64,000 bases of DNA from the human T2T-CHM13v2.0 reference genome, Homo sapiens, in the NCBI RefSeq assembly GCF_009914755.1, contig NC_060929.1; one strand, given 5' to 3'. Below the pieces are notes generated by a model. That model did no database searches. It saw nothing but the letters and a program-made list of their open reading frames with translations, and had not been told where the DNA came from. This document shows, piece after piece, positions 27,601 through 40,764 of this stretch (within the stretch, counting starts at the first letter, position 1; each line of letters opens with the position of its first letter). The position numbers and the translations under genes are program-made.

Positions 27601-29804
27601 CCTATAGCTATAAACTTTCCTCTTAGTACTGCTTTTGTTGTATCCCATAGGTCTTGGTATGTTGTGTTTCCAATTTGATTTGTTTCAAGAATTTTTTCAA
27701 TTTTCTTCTTAATTTCTTTATTCACCCACTGGTCATTCAGGAGCATATTGTTTAACTTCTATGTATCTGCATAGTTTCCTAAATTCCTCTTGTTATTAAT
27801 TTCTAGTTTTATTCCATTGTGGCCAGAGAAGATGTTTGATTTTTTTCATTTTTTTAATGTTTTAAGGCTTGTTTTGTGACCTAACATATTGTCTTTCCTT
27901 GACAATAATTCATATGCTGAGGAAAGGAATGTGTATTCTGCAGCTCGTTGATGAAATGTTCGTACATATCAATTAAATCCATTAGGTCTATAGTACAGAT
28001 TATGTCTGATGTTTCTTTGTTGATTTACTGTCTGGAAGAACCGTCCAATGCTGAAAGTGAGGTGTTAATGTCGCCAGCTATTATTGTATTGGGGCCTAGC
28101 TCTCTCTTTAGTTTTAGCTATAATTCCTTTATACATTTGAGTGCTCCAGTATTAGGTCCATATATATTTCCAATTGTTGTATCCTCTCGCTGAATTGACC
28201 CCTTTATTATCTTATGGTGACCTTCTTTGTCTTTTGATTTTGGTGTCTTTTGATTTGATTGGAGAGTTCAGTTCACTTACACTCAATGTTATTATTGATA
28301 AGTAAGGACTTAACTCTTGCCATTTTGTTATTTGTTTTCTGGTGATTTTGTGGTCTTCTCTTCCTTCTTTCATTCATCCTGTCTTCCTCTGTGATGGTGA
28401 TTTTCTCTGGTGACATGATTTAGTTTCTTGCTTTTTATTTTTTATGTATCCATTGTATGTTTTTTGGGTTGAGGTTGCCACAAGGCTTGCAAATACTGTC
28501 TTACAACCCATTATTTTAACCTGCTAACTTAATACTCTCTGCACAAACAAACAAGCAAAAAGAAAACCAATAAAAACTCACCTTAACTTTGTCCCCCACT
28601 TTTTAAATGTTTTATTGTTTGTATTTATATTTTATCGTACTGACTATCTCTTGAAAAGTTGCTGTAGTTATTATTTTTGATTGATTCATTGTTTGGTCTT
28701 TCTGCTTAGGATAAGAGTAGTTTACACACCACAGTTACAGTGCTATAATATTCTATGTTTTTCTGTGTACTGATTATTACCAGTAAGTTTTGTACCTTCA
28801 GGTCATTATTTATTACTCACTAATGTTATTTTCTTTCTGATTGAAATACTTCCTTTAGCATTTCTTGTAGGACGGGTCTGCTGTTGCTGAAATCCCTCAT
28901 CTTTTATTCTTCTGGGAAAGTCTTTATTTCCCCTTCATGTTTGAAGGATAATTTCACTGGATATACTATTCTAGGTTTTTTTTTTTTTTCCTTTAGCACT
29001 TTAAATATGTGATGTCACTCTCTCCTGGCCTGTAAAATTTCCAATGAAATGCATGCTGCCAGCATATTAGAGCTCCGTGGTATGTTATTTGTTTCTTTTC
29101 TCTTGATTCCTTTAGGATCATTTCTTTATCCTTGGCTTTAGGGGGGTTGATTATCAAATGCCTGGAGGTGGGCTTCTTTGGATTAAATCTGCTGGTGTTC
29201 TATAACTTCCTCGTGCTTGGATATTGACATCTTTCTTTCTTTCTCTAGGTTTGGGAAGTTCTCTGTTATTATCCTTTTGAATAAACTTTCTACCCCTATT
29301 TCTTTCTCTACCTCCTCTTTAAGGCCAATAACTCTCAGATTTGCCCTTTTGGGAATATTTTCTGGATCTTATAGGCATGCTTCATTGTTTTCTATTCTTT
29401 TTTTCTTTTGTCTCCTCTGACCGTGTATTTTCAAATAGCTTGTCTTCATGTTCACTAATACTTTCTTCTTCTTGAGTCATTCCACTATTTAAGGGACTCT
29501 GATGCATTCTTCAGTAGGCCAATTGCATTTTTCAAGTCCAGAATTTCTGTGTGATTCTTTTTATATTATTTCAATCTCTTTGTTAAATTTATCTGATAGA
29601 ATTCTGAATTCATTTCCTGTGACATCTTGAATTTCTTTGAGTTTTCTCAATACAGCTATTTTGAATTATCTGTCTGAAAGGTCACATATCTCTATTTCTC
29701 CGGGATTGGTCCCTGGTACCTTGTTTGATTCATTCATTGAGGTCATGTTTTCTGAATAGTGTTGATGGTGTTAATAGTAGATGTTATTTGGCATCTGAGC
29801 ATTG
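24680..29804 (-). mobile_element. L1MA1/2-like LINE-1 with internal deletions
   Basis: 3'UTR at left; minus-strand ORFs 25631-25906, 26700-26906 ([13 protein letters not shown]) and 27301-27531 ([14 protein letters not shown]) are ORF2; ORF1 remnant ~28850-29750. Confidence 0.92.
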
Positions 29805-32154
29805 TGATTGCAGTTTTACATGCATGTAATGTGAGGGCTCTTGAGTTCCAAGGGGACCCACCTGATTGGGAAGAGGTGCATGTAGAGAAGAGCTGGTGGG
29901 ACACGTTAATCATTCTCTAAACACCTCCTTGATAGGGGTGCCCAAGGGAGAGAATACAGTCATGGGTTCTTAGTTTCTGTTTCTGGTTGGGCCAGTAAAG
30001 CCCGTTTCTCATCCCTCTTTTCTGCCTGTCACTAGAGACAAAATAAAAACGATGGCTTCAGACTGCTAAAATCCTAAAATGAGACAAAATAGAACAACAA
30101 CAAAACCAAAACCAAAATAAGTCAGGTTGAACAAGCTTGTGTACCCTCTCTGATGGTCCAACAGAAGCAAGATAAAATCCCATAGGGAGAAATGAAAAAC
30201 ACCGCCTTGATTAAGGACTTAAAGGCAGCAGGAATAGTAAGAGATGAAATATTTCAATGTAACAGCAATGTGTGCTAGTGAAAAAGGCTCATATGATCTA
30301 AAGACTTACAGTGGATTTTTGCCACATGCATGTAGTCGTTGCTCCTGTGGCCCTGACTGTTTCAGACACTGTGATTGACACTGAATCCATTACTTAGACT
30401 GATGGCACTGAGTATGCTGTCTTAGACATTGCTGACATTGCTAACAACCTCTTTTATATCCTACTGGCATCTGATGACCAAGACTAATTAGCATTCATGT
30501 GGCAAGTTCTCCAATATAAGTTTGCAATACCTTCTTTTTGCCAGAAGTCAGATCAGAATTTAATGTGAGAGGCTTTACTCTCTGAGGTCCAGAGCTTTTG
30601 TTATATAGATGATGTCATGTTGGCTGGCAGGTCGGAAGTCTTAGACTCAATAGATCTGAATGCAGTGTTATTATCCTATGAAAATTTTTTCAGAGGCCCT
30701 CTTGCTAAGAAAGATTTTGTTGGACTGTGTGTGGAGATTCACAGTGCTCAATCCCTTCAGTAGTCTAGAAGAATCTTTGATCTCTTTGAACCTTGACTCT
30801 TATCTCTTTGAACCTTTGAATCTTGACTCTTATCTCTGGTTTCTTTGAGTATTGGAAATGTGCCTCACTTTCTTATTACAGTTGTACCTATATATCACAT
30901 AGACCACAAATTATCATACTTAGAGAGGGGCCCAAATGAAGAGTCAGGGTTGGAAGAGATGTTTAGCAAGCTGTAGCATGCTCTCTGCATTCAAGGCAAA
31001 TAATCTAATGACCTTTTGAACTATGAAGTCTCTATGACTCATGATTTTGTTTATCAGAGACTCCAGCAAAGGTAGGCACATGTTAGTGTTTCGGATTCAT
31101 CATCTCCCTGGCATAGAGATATGTCCATTTTAAAAAACAATTATTTGTTTGCTACTGAGGTGGTGGGGTTTTGGGCGGGAGGGGTGGGGGCCGCATTTTT
31201 GTCAAAACTGAATGTCTCTACCATGGAAGGCTTGTTACTCTTCAGTCAAGTTTTGCCATTTTGAGGTAAGTAAACTTGAATATAGTGACTAATAAGATCG
31301 GAAGGACCTAATAAACATTAATTGTCAAATGGAAATAACACATTTTTAAAAAAGATGGCCCCAGTAGCACGTCAACTTTACCTGAAAGAGATTCACTTAT
31401 CCCTTTTGGGGAAACATTCATTATCCTTCTACTTTGTCACCGAAATCAAAACTTCTGGTTCAAAGTGGACTTTTATTTATGGGTTTATGGAAGTTCAATC
31501 AGTACAACATGTATCCCTCAGATAAATTGGAGATCCCTCCAAAATGTGTCTACCTTTGTTTCCTTAGGGGAGCTTCCCGTAGGGATAATTGACTTATTCT
31601 TTTATGTTACCAGTGGGCAGTTATTCCCATCATTGGACGCATCCAATTGCAGAAGTTAATACAACATTGGTTCCAGAATTTATATGAAGAGATTAATGAC
31701 ACTGCTTTATCCCTGGCATTCAGATGGATTGCAACTCACTAGCCAGAATGGTCATAAATGATAGAACAGATTCAGATTTCCTCCTTGTAAGCCAATATAT
31801 AGCCTGCGTGGTGCTCTGCCTTGACTAAAGCCTTGGGTCAAGTAGAAAGGCTTGACAGGAACGTAAGTGGAAAGCCATTTGGCTTTTTAAGGTAGACCCT
31901 TAAATTTTATGGAATTGTTTACCTGGCTATCGCCAGAACCCTGTGGACACAGCTGAGCCCAATATTGAAGGTTAGACTCAAGTGCTGTTTGGAGTTTTGT
32001 TTATAAGTACTTTTAATTAAATATGGAGTGAGCCAAATTGAATGAATTTAGTTCCAGCCTTGTCAGTCAAATTAATCAGTGTGATCTACTGAATGATGTA
32101 ATTGTGGAAAAATTTGCCAAAAAGCAAGACAGTGTAGAAATGAGGATGAGATAT
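29805..32154 (+). mobile_element. Decayed ERVL-class internal sequence (ERVL47-like): pol RT/RNaseH plus env TM remnants
   Basis: manual translation from 30159: QQKQ..ALIKDLKAAGIV..RLTVDF..YAVLDIA..LAFMWQ, then YIDDVMLAG (YIDD 30602-30613); env TM NSLARMVINDRTDSDFLLVSQYIAC from 31733. Confidence 0.85.
29933..30139 (+). mobile_element. MER30B (hAT-Charlie) inserted in ERV pol
   Basis: termini AGGGGTGCCCAAGGGAGAGAATACAG ... GGTTGAACAAGCTTG. Confidence 0.8.
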
Positions 32155-32325
32155 TATTGGGAGAGAATTCTCCATGCTGATACTCTAATTACAATGATTG
32201 CTATGCATATTAAAGTCTTTTATCTTTGACCCAAGAGTTTCATGTCTTCTGCTAGTATCTGTTAAACTTGCTAACCCTTTGCTTATAAGTACCATAAAAT
32301 CTCAGACTATTCACAGCACTTTACA
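32155..32325 (+). mobile_element. LTR47-like 3' LTR, internally deleted
   Basis: purine tract GAGGATGAG, then TATTGGGAGAGAATTCTCCATG ... TGACCCAAGAGTTTCATGTCTTCTGC ... AAAATCTCAGAC...TTACA. Confidence 0.7.
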
Positions 32326-32419
32326 TATATATGTGGTGGGATGGTAAATTTACTTATATACTGCATGTTTATAGAATTATATATATATATAATTTTAATC
32401 ATGTCAAAATCAAGTTTTT

Positions 32420-32850
32420 CTTTGATTTTCAATTTTTATTTTAGGTTCAGGGGGCACATGTGTTACATGGATAAACTGTGTGTCACTAAAGTTCTATGTA
32501 TGAATAATTCCATCACCTAGGTACTGAGCATAGTACCCAATAGTTAGCTTTTCAACCCCTGTCTCTCTCCACCCTCTCCCTGCTAGTAGTCCCGTTTCTG
32601 CTGTTCCCATTTTTATGTCCATGTGTACTCAATATTTAGATCCCACTTATAAGTGAGAATATGTGGTAATTGGTTTCTGTTTCTGCATTAATTCACTTAG
32701 GATAACAGCTTCCAGCTGCATCCATATAGCTGCAAAGGACATGATCTTGTTCGTTTTTATGGTTATGTAGTATTACCTGGTATATATATATATATATATA
32801 CCACAGTTTTTTATCTAGTTCACCACTGATGGGCATTTAGGTTGGTTCCA
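32420..32850 (-). mobile_element. L1PA15/16-like 3'UTR
   Basis: TTTTAGGTTCAGGGGGCACATG...TCCCACTTATAAGTGAGAA. Confidence 0.85.
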
Positions 32851-32854
32851 TAAA

Positions 32855-34400
32855 TGTAAGGTTGAATAAAGATACAAATCCCATCAACATAATTCCATAT
32901 ATTAATAAAGAGAAACAGCCAATGATCACACCAATAATTGTGTGAACATATAGTAACCTTTAACATTCTTCATGATAAAATATTATCAAGTTAAGACTAA
33001 AAAAGAATCTTCTCATCTAATGAAAGTAATTTATCTCAACCAAGGGCAAATTGTAATTTGTTTGTACAATTTGTACAATCTATATAAAAACTTTGAAATC
33101 AAGATTGTAATGCCAGACTGTTTAGTCTTTAAACTTTTGTTAGGTTGTAAGCAAACTAAAGAACAAATAAATAATTTAATGAATGAACAAGTACATAGGT
33201 AAATGACTTTTGAAGAAAATTAAAAGTATCATCATTTGCATATATGATTATGTATCTAGCTCTATATGTTTAATAGGAGATTATATCTGTGTTAGAATAA
33301 AATATAGCAGAATATATTTTAAATCTTCAAAAGGGAAGGATTTCCTAACTTAAACCCTTAACTTTTAAAAATCTGAAACAAATAGTCTACAGGTAAATGA
33401 ATAATTTTACTTTATCTAAAACAACAAGAATAAATTAAGAATACTAGGTCTATCCTGAGACAATATAGCAGAAACATATAAAACCAACAGGAAATTAGTG
33501 TCTAGAATATAAAAAGAATATCTAAAAGTCACAAATACATAAATATTTAAGGTAAAAAGTGGATGGGAAGTAAGTAAACATGAAAATGCAGTTGACACAA
33601 GAGTAAATAAAAATGGACAAGAAACGTATTAAAGATGCTTAACTTCACTAATATTTAGGGAAACGCAATCTAAAGACACAATTACTCATTACTTCGGAAT
33701 TGTAAAAATTTAAAAACTATGAGCATGACAATGATTAGTGATACTCAATTGATTATGTTGGAGTATAAAACTAGGATCACCACTTTAGAAAAAAAAAATA
33801 GCACAACCTAGAAAATATATAGACTCAGTCATTTATCTCCCATTTTCAAAAAATTATAGGAACATGTGCACCTATTAACAATCCAGCATAAATATGAATA
33901 CTCAAAGTAACTTTACTTGTATCAAAAAACAAGTTGTGGGGGAGGAGACAATTAAATGCATAGTAACAGAAGAGACAGATGGAATAATATACAGCAATAA
34001 AAATGAATAAGTGAATGAAAGCCATAGGCATCAACATGGATAAATCTCAGAAAGATAATATAACTGTGTTAAAATTTGAGTTTCAGAAGCATATTCATAA
34101 TTTGATAGCATTTGAGTGTATTTTTAAATGCAAAATAGTTCCTTATGATTTAAAAATAGATTGATACATGGTAAAACTAAGTATAGGGCTATCCTTCAAA
34201 CTTTGATTAAATTCCTTTGAAATCCCCAAATTGTAATGCATAAATGCAGTAGAAAGGGAAGAGGATAAAATAAGAGAAAAGCTCATACATTCTTTAACTC
34301 TAGTAATATTTTGCTTCTCAAAGGCAGTGGAAAGACACAGGTGTTTGGCGTGCCATTCCTTTCATGTCTTTCAATACAGTATAGCAAGGATTGAGGATTG
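32855..34400 (+). mobile_element. Old L1ME-like ORF2 and 3'UTR remnants
   Basis: ATCATCATTTGCATATATGATT; CAACATGGATAAATCTCAG. Confidence 0.55.
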
Positions 34401-34577
34401 TTTAAGTGAGGTTAAAAGATATACTAGCATTAAAGTGAGTTTCTCATTGAAGGATTGCAAGGAATTTAAATGGGAATAACTTCTTCAGTACGTGATTTAC
34501 TGCTATCTAATGCTGTTGCCATGTAACAGCTAAAATTACCTTGAGAGTTGTAACTCATTCAACAGCCCATATTTTGG

Positions 34578-34710
34578 GAAACAGTGGAGTGGATACAAGA
34601 CTCAGAAGACCGAGGTCTTCTGCTCTATTATGCCATTTAATAGATGTGTGATTTTGAGGCAAATCCCTTCACTGCTCTGTCTCATTTTTTCCATCTATAA
34701 AATAAAATCT
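34578..34710 (+). mobile_element. MIR/MIR3
   Basis: core TGTGTGATTTTGAGGCAAATCCCTT...CATCTATAAAAT. Confidence 0.6.
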
Positions 34711-35004
34711 TAAAGGCACTCAATACCCTGCAATAATAGAACCTTCTGATATTAAATTTAACTCATTTTCAGCTTTTAGAAGTTATCTTTTCACAGAGTT
34801 TTTTTTTTTTAATAGGAAGAAATGTACAGATAGTTGGGGGAGAGAGAGAGGACATGAGACCTGTGTTCTCAATTCTTTGTCCTATCTGGTGTGACATACT
34901 GTGCTCCTCTTGTCCAGGATATGAGAGAAAGAGGAGAGAAACAAAGTGAAATCTGATAAAAGAAGGCAGAAAAGAGCAGTGAAGGGGAACCCAGCCAGGC
35001 AGAG

Positions 35005-35210
35005 ATGGGCAACATGGTGATATTTGTGAGTACAAGTTCTGCAATCAGCCTAACTGGGTCTGAATCCTGGATCTCTAGCACATCATGATGTGGCCTTATG
35101 CAAGCTACTTAATTCTCAAAGAATTATGTTTCTCTCAATGGAGATTAAAATACTTAGTATGTAAGATTGTTACGTGAATTAAATGAAACATTTTAAAGTA
35201 AGCTTAGTTG
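35005..35210 (+). mobile_element. MIR
   Basis: CTGGGTCTGAATCCTGG...GCAAGCTACTTAA...GAATTAAATGA. Confidence 0.65.
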
Positions 35211-35929
35211 AAGAAGACACATTTGGTTGCTCTAGGAGGAATATATATTGGGATGCTCTAAATGATGAATTTTGACCTCGTTTGTATTGTCAGCTCCAAT
35301 AATTTGATTGTTCCACCCTATTTCTTGTCAGCATCAGGCTTAGAGTGAGTACTGAAGAAGCCATTGCTTTTATTAATGTTACTGTTTTTATTAACAGAGA
35401 AATATAGGAGTGATACAAATTAATAAACTGAGTGGAAAAATAAAGCTTGGAATATGGTTAGTTCTGAAGGGAAAAAATGTTGAAAAAAATCAAAATTGGC
35501 TCTTAAATTTATGTTACAAGTAAGATGACAATAACAAAAAAAGTGGGGGAGGTATATTGGCGTGGTGCTTAAGACTAATGTTATAGTTATTAAATAATGT
35601 AACTTACAGTGAGGCAATTTAACTCACAGTGTATATTAATTATTTTTGTGAATGATAGGAATTGTTGCACTGTAAATTGTAGAACTAATACTAAAAAGAA
35701 AGGGCTGATATTGAAAAAGAGTATATTCCAGTTCTTCAGGCGACCCTAATTTATATGCACTGTGTTGCTGGAAGAAATTAAAAATGATCGACTATAAAAT
35801 AAAATACTACCCAACTAATATGTTTCTTTTGATATTTAAATGAGGTAATACATGAAAAGTTTAAAAGAGTTTTAACATTCACATTAGTTGCAATAATAAA
35901 AAAGGTTATCTAGACATTTTCAATGAGTC

Positions 35930-36075
35930 TCAGAATCACAAGTGATTTATTTGTAAAAATTGGGGTAACTATAGTATCCACTTCATGAGGTTTAAGTAAA
36001 AGTGAATGATATAATATATGTTAAGTGTTTGGAATACCACAAACACAGTGAGGACTCACTAAGTGTTATTTATTG
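35930..36075 (+). mobile_element. MIR 3' part
   Basis: TGTAAAAATTGGGGTAACTATAGTATCCACTTCATGAGG...CACAGTGAGGACTCACTAAGTG. Confidence 0.55.
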
Positions 36076-36379
36076 GCACTTTCGTGTCTTATGAATCATT
36101 ATCTACAATTTCTGTGGAATCATGAGAAACAAGTGAGATATTTTATGTCACAATGTAGGTTAACATTGTTATTTTTAAGGGAAAAATATAAATATCTTAA
36201 ATTTATGCCAATAAATCTGGTACTAATATCAAGGCCAAATTATGGAAATGTTTATATAAATAATGATTTGTGGGCTTTTTATATAATTGATATTTTTAAA
36301 GTTATATAATTATTTATTTTCATACATCTAGGTATTCATTAGCCTGCAGAAGATATGACACAATTATTCTTTTGAGTGC

Positions 36380-36590
36380 AGATTGGTAGTTAAAGAAGTC
36401 AGACTATGCAAATTTAAGTCCTTGCTTCATTGTTTTCTAAAAACATTATCTTCGATAAACAATAGAACTGTTAGTTCCTCAGTTTCATCACCTGTAATGT
36501 GAAAATAATAAAAGTACCTAGTACATTTTTTGGTGAGATTAGAACAGTGCCTGGCATATAAGTATTCAATAGGCATAGCTTTTAATATTA
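36380..36590 (+). mobile_element. MIR
   Basis: CCTCAGTTTCATCACCTGTAA...TTAGAACAGTGCCTGGCATATAAG. Confidence 0.7.
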
Positions 36591-37130
36591 TTTTCCAGAA
36601 TTATAACATTTTCTACCAGATTCTTCTAGATTTCTGTGGATGGATTGAGTGTCACACTCACTTTTTTATATTAGTGTTCTTAATTCTAGTCTTTTGTTTT
36701 CAATTATATACACAATATTTTGAGGTGGATTTCTTATTTTCCTTCTAATTTTTCCTGCAGTTCATATATCATCTTTATCTTATATACATATCTATGTCTT
36801 CCAAAACTTAGTTTTAAACAGAGATTAGAGGAAAGGATGACTAAACAGTGTTAGTGTTGAAGACAAATTTCATTTCTTTTATTTCAATTCCCACTTAATG
36901 TAAAATTATATACAAATTTAATTGTTCTGTTAGAATCACAGAACTTCATTGTCTTAAATACCATTCAGTAACCTGTCTTTATGAAATCCAAATATGATTT
37001 TAAATGGCTTAAATTTGATGATGTTTTACCTCACTACACTGCTGGAAAAAATTACCTTTGAATAAAGGAGAAATAGCCCAGCCTCAAGTTGTTGAGGTTG
37101 TTGTTAAAAGCAGCTTCATCCGAATGTATG

Positions 37131-37247
37131 AATGATGACAATATAAATTATTGTCTAACCTGGATAATTTGAACACTGGGAAAATTACATTAGGACAGCA
37201 GTTGTAAACTGGGACTATCAGGAAAAGTAGGAGGTATGTTAAGCCTA
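37131..37247 (+). mobile_element. MER94-like hAT-Blackjack MITE
   Basis: ATATAAATTATTGTCTAACCTGG...GTAAACTGGGACTATC...GTATGTTAAGCCTA. Confidence 0.55.
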
Positions 37248-37839
37248 TCGTGTATTAAACAGTAAAAACAATAACTAGTACAATATGATATAATTGTTTA
37301 AGAAGCCCAGAGGTAGATTCCACTTTCACTTTTATTCATACAATTATGATAACCTCCCAAATAGAATACTTTCATATCTTCCCCATTTTTATATTTACCT
37401 ACTGGCAGCCTGCTGGGTATCTAAATCAAGAACTTTCTCTCAGGAGCAAATCAAAATTGCTACGTGTGAATTTTTAATTTTCCAGTTCCAAAGCTTAGAA
37501 GAACCAATAAGCATGCACTCAATTTTAATTTAAATTGAAACCCACAGCTGTATTTACTGTAGATGGTCTTTCAGGGAACTGAATCTAATATAATTTCTTC
37601 ACTTATCTAATCATATTGAAGGGATGTTTGGACCAACCTGTTACAAGGAGAATATATAATGAAATAGGAAGAGATGACGTTATGTTTTATGATGTTTCAT
37701 ATTGTTCTGTTATTCTTTAGTTGTGAGAAGTAGTGAGTCATTTAGATTAAACATGTCAGAGAATGTAATGACTGCTGATAATAGTATGAAAAACAATACT
37801 GAAATTGTGGCTATTAATGGAGTCACAGATAATTCAGGA

Positions 37840-37965
37840 CAGGACTGTTACATAGGCCTGCCCAGGTGGTGCGTTGCTCAATTATTAGAGGCATTGCCAC
37901 ATAAATTAAAATGTGAAGGTGCCTCCTGCCATGGAATTACGTGTGCTTCAGGGGCTCTTGATCCA
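37840..37965. mobile_element. MER91-like hAT-Tip100 palindromic MITE
   Basis: imperfect palindrome GAGGCA...CACAT...ATGTG...TGCCTC preceded by CAGGTGGTGCGTTGCTCAA. Confidence 0.45.
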
Positions 37966-39299
37966 GGTTATAATAAAGTGTTCTGACGGAAAACCAGAAA
38001 AAAAATAGTATCTTATTTTACTTTTTGAAGTATTTGTCCCAGAGTCTTTCAGAAATAAAGTCTTATATTTGTGGATAAAAGGGAATTGATTTCAAAACTT
38101 CACAAACTTTGAAACTTTTCTAATGGAATGAATAGGTAACCAATCTTAAAAAAAAAAAAAAGGTAGCGATGATAGATGACAAATGGATGGGGAGATAGAT
38201 AGATAGACAGATCCAGAATGAAGGATGAGATTTATTTATTTACAGAATAAAGGTACTCAGTGCCCACCATCAGTAGCCACTTGACATGCAGTACGATTGA
38301 AAGGGTTACTCAATGAACTAAATATAAAATTGTGAAGTCATAATTTGGTTTCTTTTCTTGATTTGCTATGTAATTGTCCACAAATCACTTAACATGTAAA
38401 TTTGATTATGTTTTTAACTGGGACTAACCTGTAATCCATATAAAATGGTTTTCTAAAAACAGTCATATTCATATCTCAAACATTTATTTGAACATTTATG
38501 TTATCTGCATGTTTTGATATTTATATAAAGGCAAAATTGTTTGTAAACATTTAACTTTTTAAAAAATTAACCATTTTTAATTTTAAAAATGGGGTGTTAA
38601 ATTTTCATTTTCAGTAGATAGAACTCTTTGGCTACATATTGATCTAGATATTAGACTAACTTATATAGGCTTGGTTCAGGAGTGTATACTCTATCTCTGA
38701 AAGTCATCCAGAAATTTTCCCATATTCCAACTTAACTCTGCTACAATTTTAATATTCTTTATCAGAGTTCTCCATAACAAAGATGCAAGAAAACCCACTG
38801 TGGGGAAGCCAAGGTATATGGGGTCTGGAGACCAGATTTAGATAAGGCACCGAGGAACAAGAAGATTTGGAAAAGGAGAGTCAGGAAAAGCTGGGATGGA
38901 TGAGGGATTTATGCCTGTTTTGAATAGTTTTTCTATAAGCATATTGTATTGTAGATGTACTTTATCTTGTTTTTGAAAGATCCCTCAGAATGTTTGACTT
39001 TCAGCTAGGACTTGTTTTGGGAAAGTATTTTGAGAACTCACATTATTTTCTTCTCCAAGTCCCATTAGAGAACTGAGATTGTAGGTGGGGTGGAGTTATG
39101 AAGTAAAAACTGGGAATTTTTTTTTTTCCCAGCAAGTTGTGAGGTGAGAGAAAACAAATCTTATAATTCAGCTCCTGTTTTATTACTTTTGTAGCCACTC
39201 CTGAAACGTGGCTTTGTAGCAGACAAACATTACTTTTTTTCACTATGCTTACTGGTAGAGGAGAGAATGTGAGAATGGAAAGGCACACTAAAAAGTTCT

Positions 39300-39650
39300 G
39301 AATGAATGTTACAACATGGATGAAGTTCCAAATCATTAAAGTGAATTTTAAAAGCCAGACAAAATATGTTCATACTGTATAATTCAATTTATATAAAATT
39401 CTAGAAAATACAATCTAATATAAAGTTTCAGAAAGCAGATCTTTGGTTTCCCGGGGACAGGGAGAAATATAGGAAAGGTGAGAGGAAGGGATTATAGAGA
39501 GACAGAAAGAAATTTGAGGGCTGATGAGTATGTTTACTATATTGATTGCTTTGCCAATGTCACAGGAATAAACATATATGCATACTTTACCAAATTGTAC
39601 ACTTTAAGTACATACAGTTTATTGTGTGTCAGTTTTATCTCAATTATTAA
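39300..39650 (+). mobile_element. L1ME-type 3'UTR
   Basis: ACAACATGGATGAA...ATACTGTATAATTCAATTTATATAAAATTCTAGAAAA...CAAATTGTACACTTTAA. Confidence 0.8.
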
Positions 39651-40599
39651 AAATAATAGTCCTTAGATAATAAATGATTAAAAGCAATTAAAATGATAAC
39701 TAGTTATAACAAATACTTTTGTGCATAACTTTTGAGATGTGTGATACAGTCCAAACCAGAAAAAAAAAAAAAAGATGTTCTTCTATTTTCCAAACACTGT
39801 TTTCAGTCCTTTCAGTTCATACAACTCTAAGATTTTGCTTCTCATATCATGATCAAAATACAGGTTATTTAACACCAAAATAATATTTAAGAAAATGGTA
39901 TGAGAGTAGCATTATAACCATGTTTTAAAAACAGTTATCTTAGTTATTTTAATAACTGGTTTTAGCCAGTTTGAATTTCTTAAATAAAATAAATAATTGT
40001 GAATCTACTATTATTCTGTGAATTTGCCGTTATTTCCCTAACTTTTCAGCCTCCAAAGTGTTCTAACATAGAAAAATTCTATTTCTTTTTTACTCTTTTA
40101 ACGTGGAGTTTGTTCTGTCTGACTTTCACTAATCAAATTTAAAAAATGCTTATATGTTAACTGTGTTATCAGGCAATTTTTTATAGCTTGAAAAGTAATA
40201 ATGACTTTCAGTAGTAAATAAAACTTGCCTTGATGTCATTTCAAATTAAATTATTAGTATCAAATTTCCTTTCACTGTTGTGCATTTGCTTTCTTTTGTA
40301 TGCATTTGAAATAATGGTTTAGAGCACTGCAGATAAGTGTTTCTTTATTTCAATCTATGTTATATCAGAAGTAAATTTTTGAGCCAAATCAATAACGTGT
40401 CCACACTTACAGAATTTGCATAGAAGTATGTGTGTATGTGTGGGTGTATAACTTAAAGTTTTGGACTCAAATATTAAATTTAGTAGTAATGATGGCTGGT
40501 GTTGGCCTTCTCATGATTGCCATTATGCCTAAAGTATTCAAATATCTTCTAAAAATTATGAGAGGTATTGATTTAGAAACTTAGGACCAGTTAATTTAA

Positions 40600-40764
40600 A
40601 ATTCCTCATTGCTGAGAGCAGTAGGGTCCCCTAACTTCATCAGTACATGGAAATTTCTTAGAAATGCAATTTCTCAGGCCCCACTTAGGACCTACTGATT
40701 TTAAATCCCTGTGTTTTAACCAGCTATCCAGGTGATTCTGACTCATATAGTTTGAGAATCACTC
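40600..40764. mobile_element. MER5A (hAT-Charlie)
   Basis: TTAGAAATGCAATTTCTCAGGCCCCAC...CCAGGTGATTCTGA...AGTTTGAGAATCACT. Confidence 0.8.

Noticed and set aside
31600-32050. Domesticated (syncytin-like) env
   Set aside because: Frameshifts and stops, with most of SU absent; no intact ORF.
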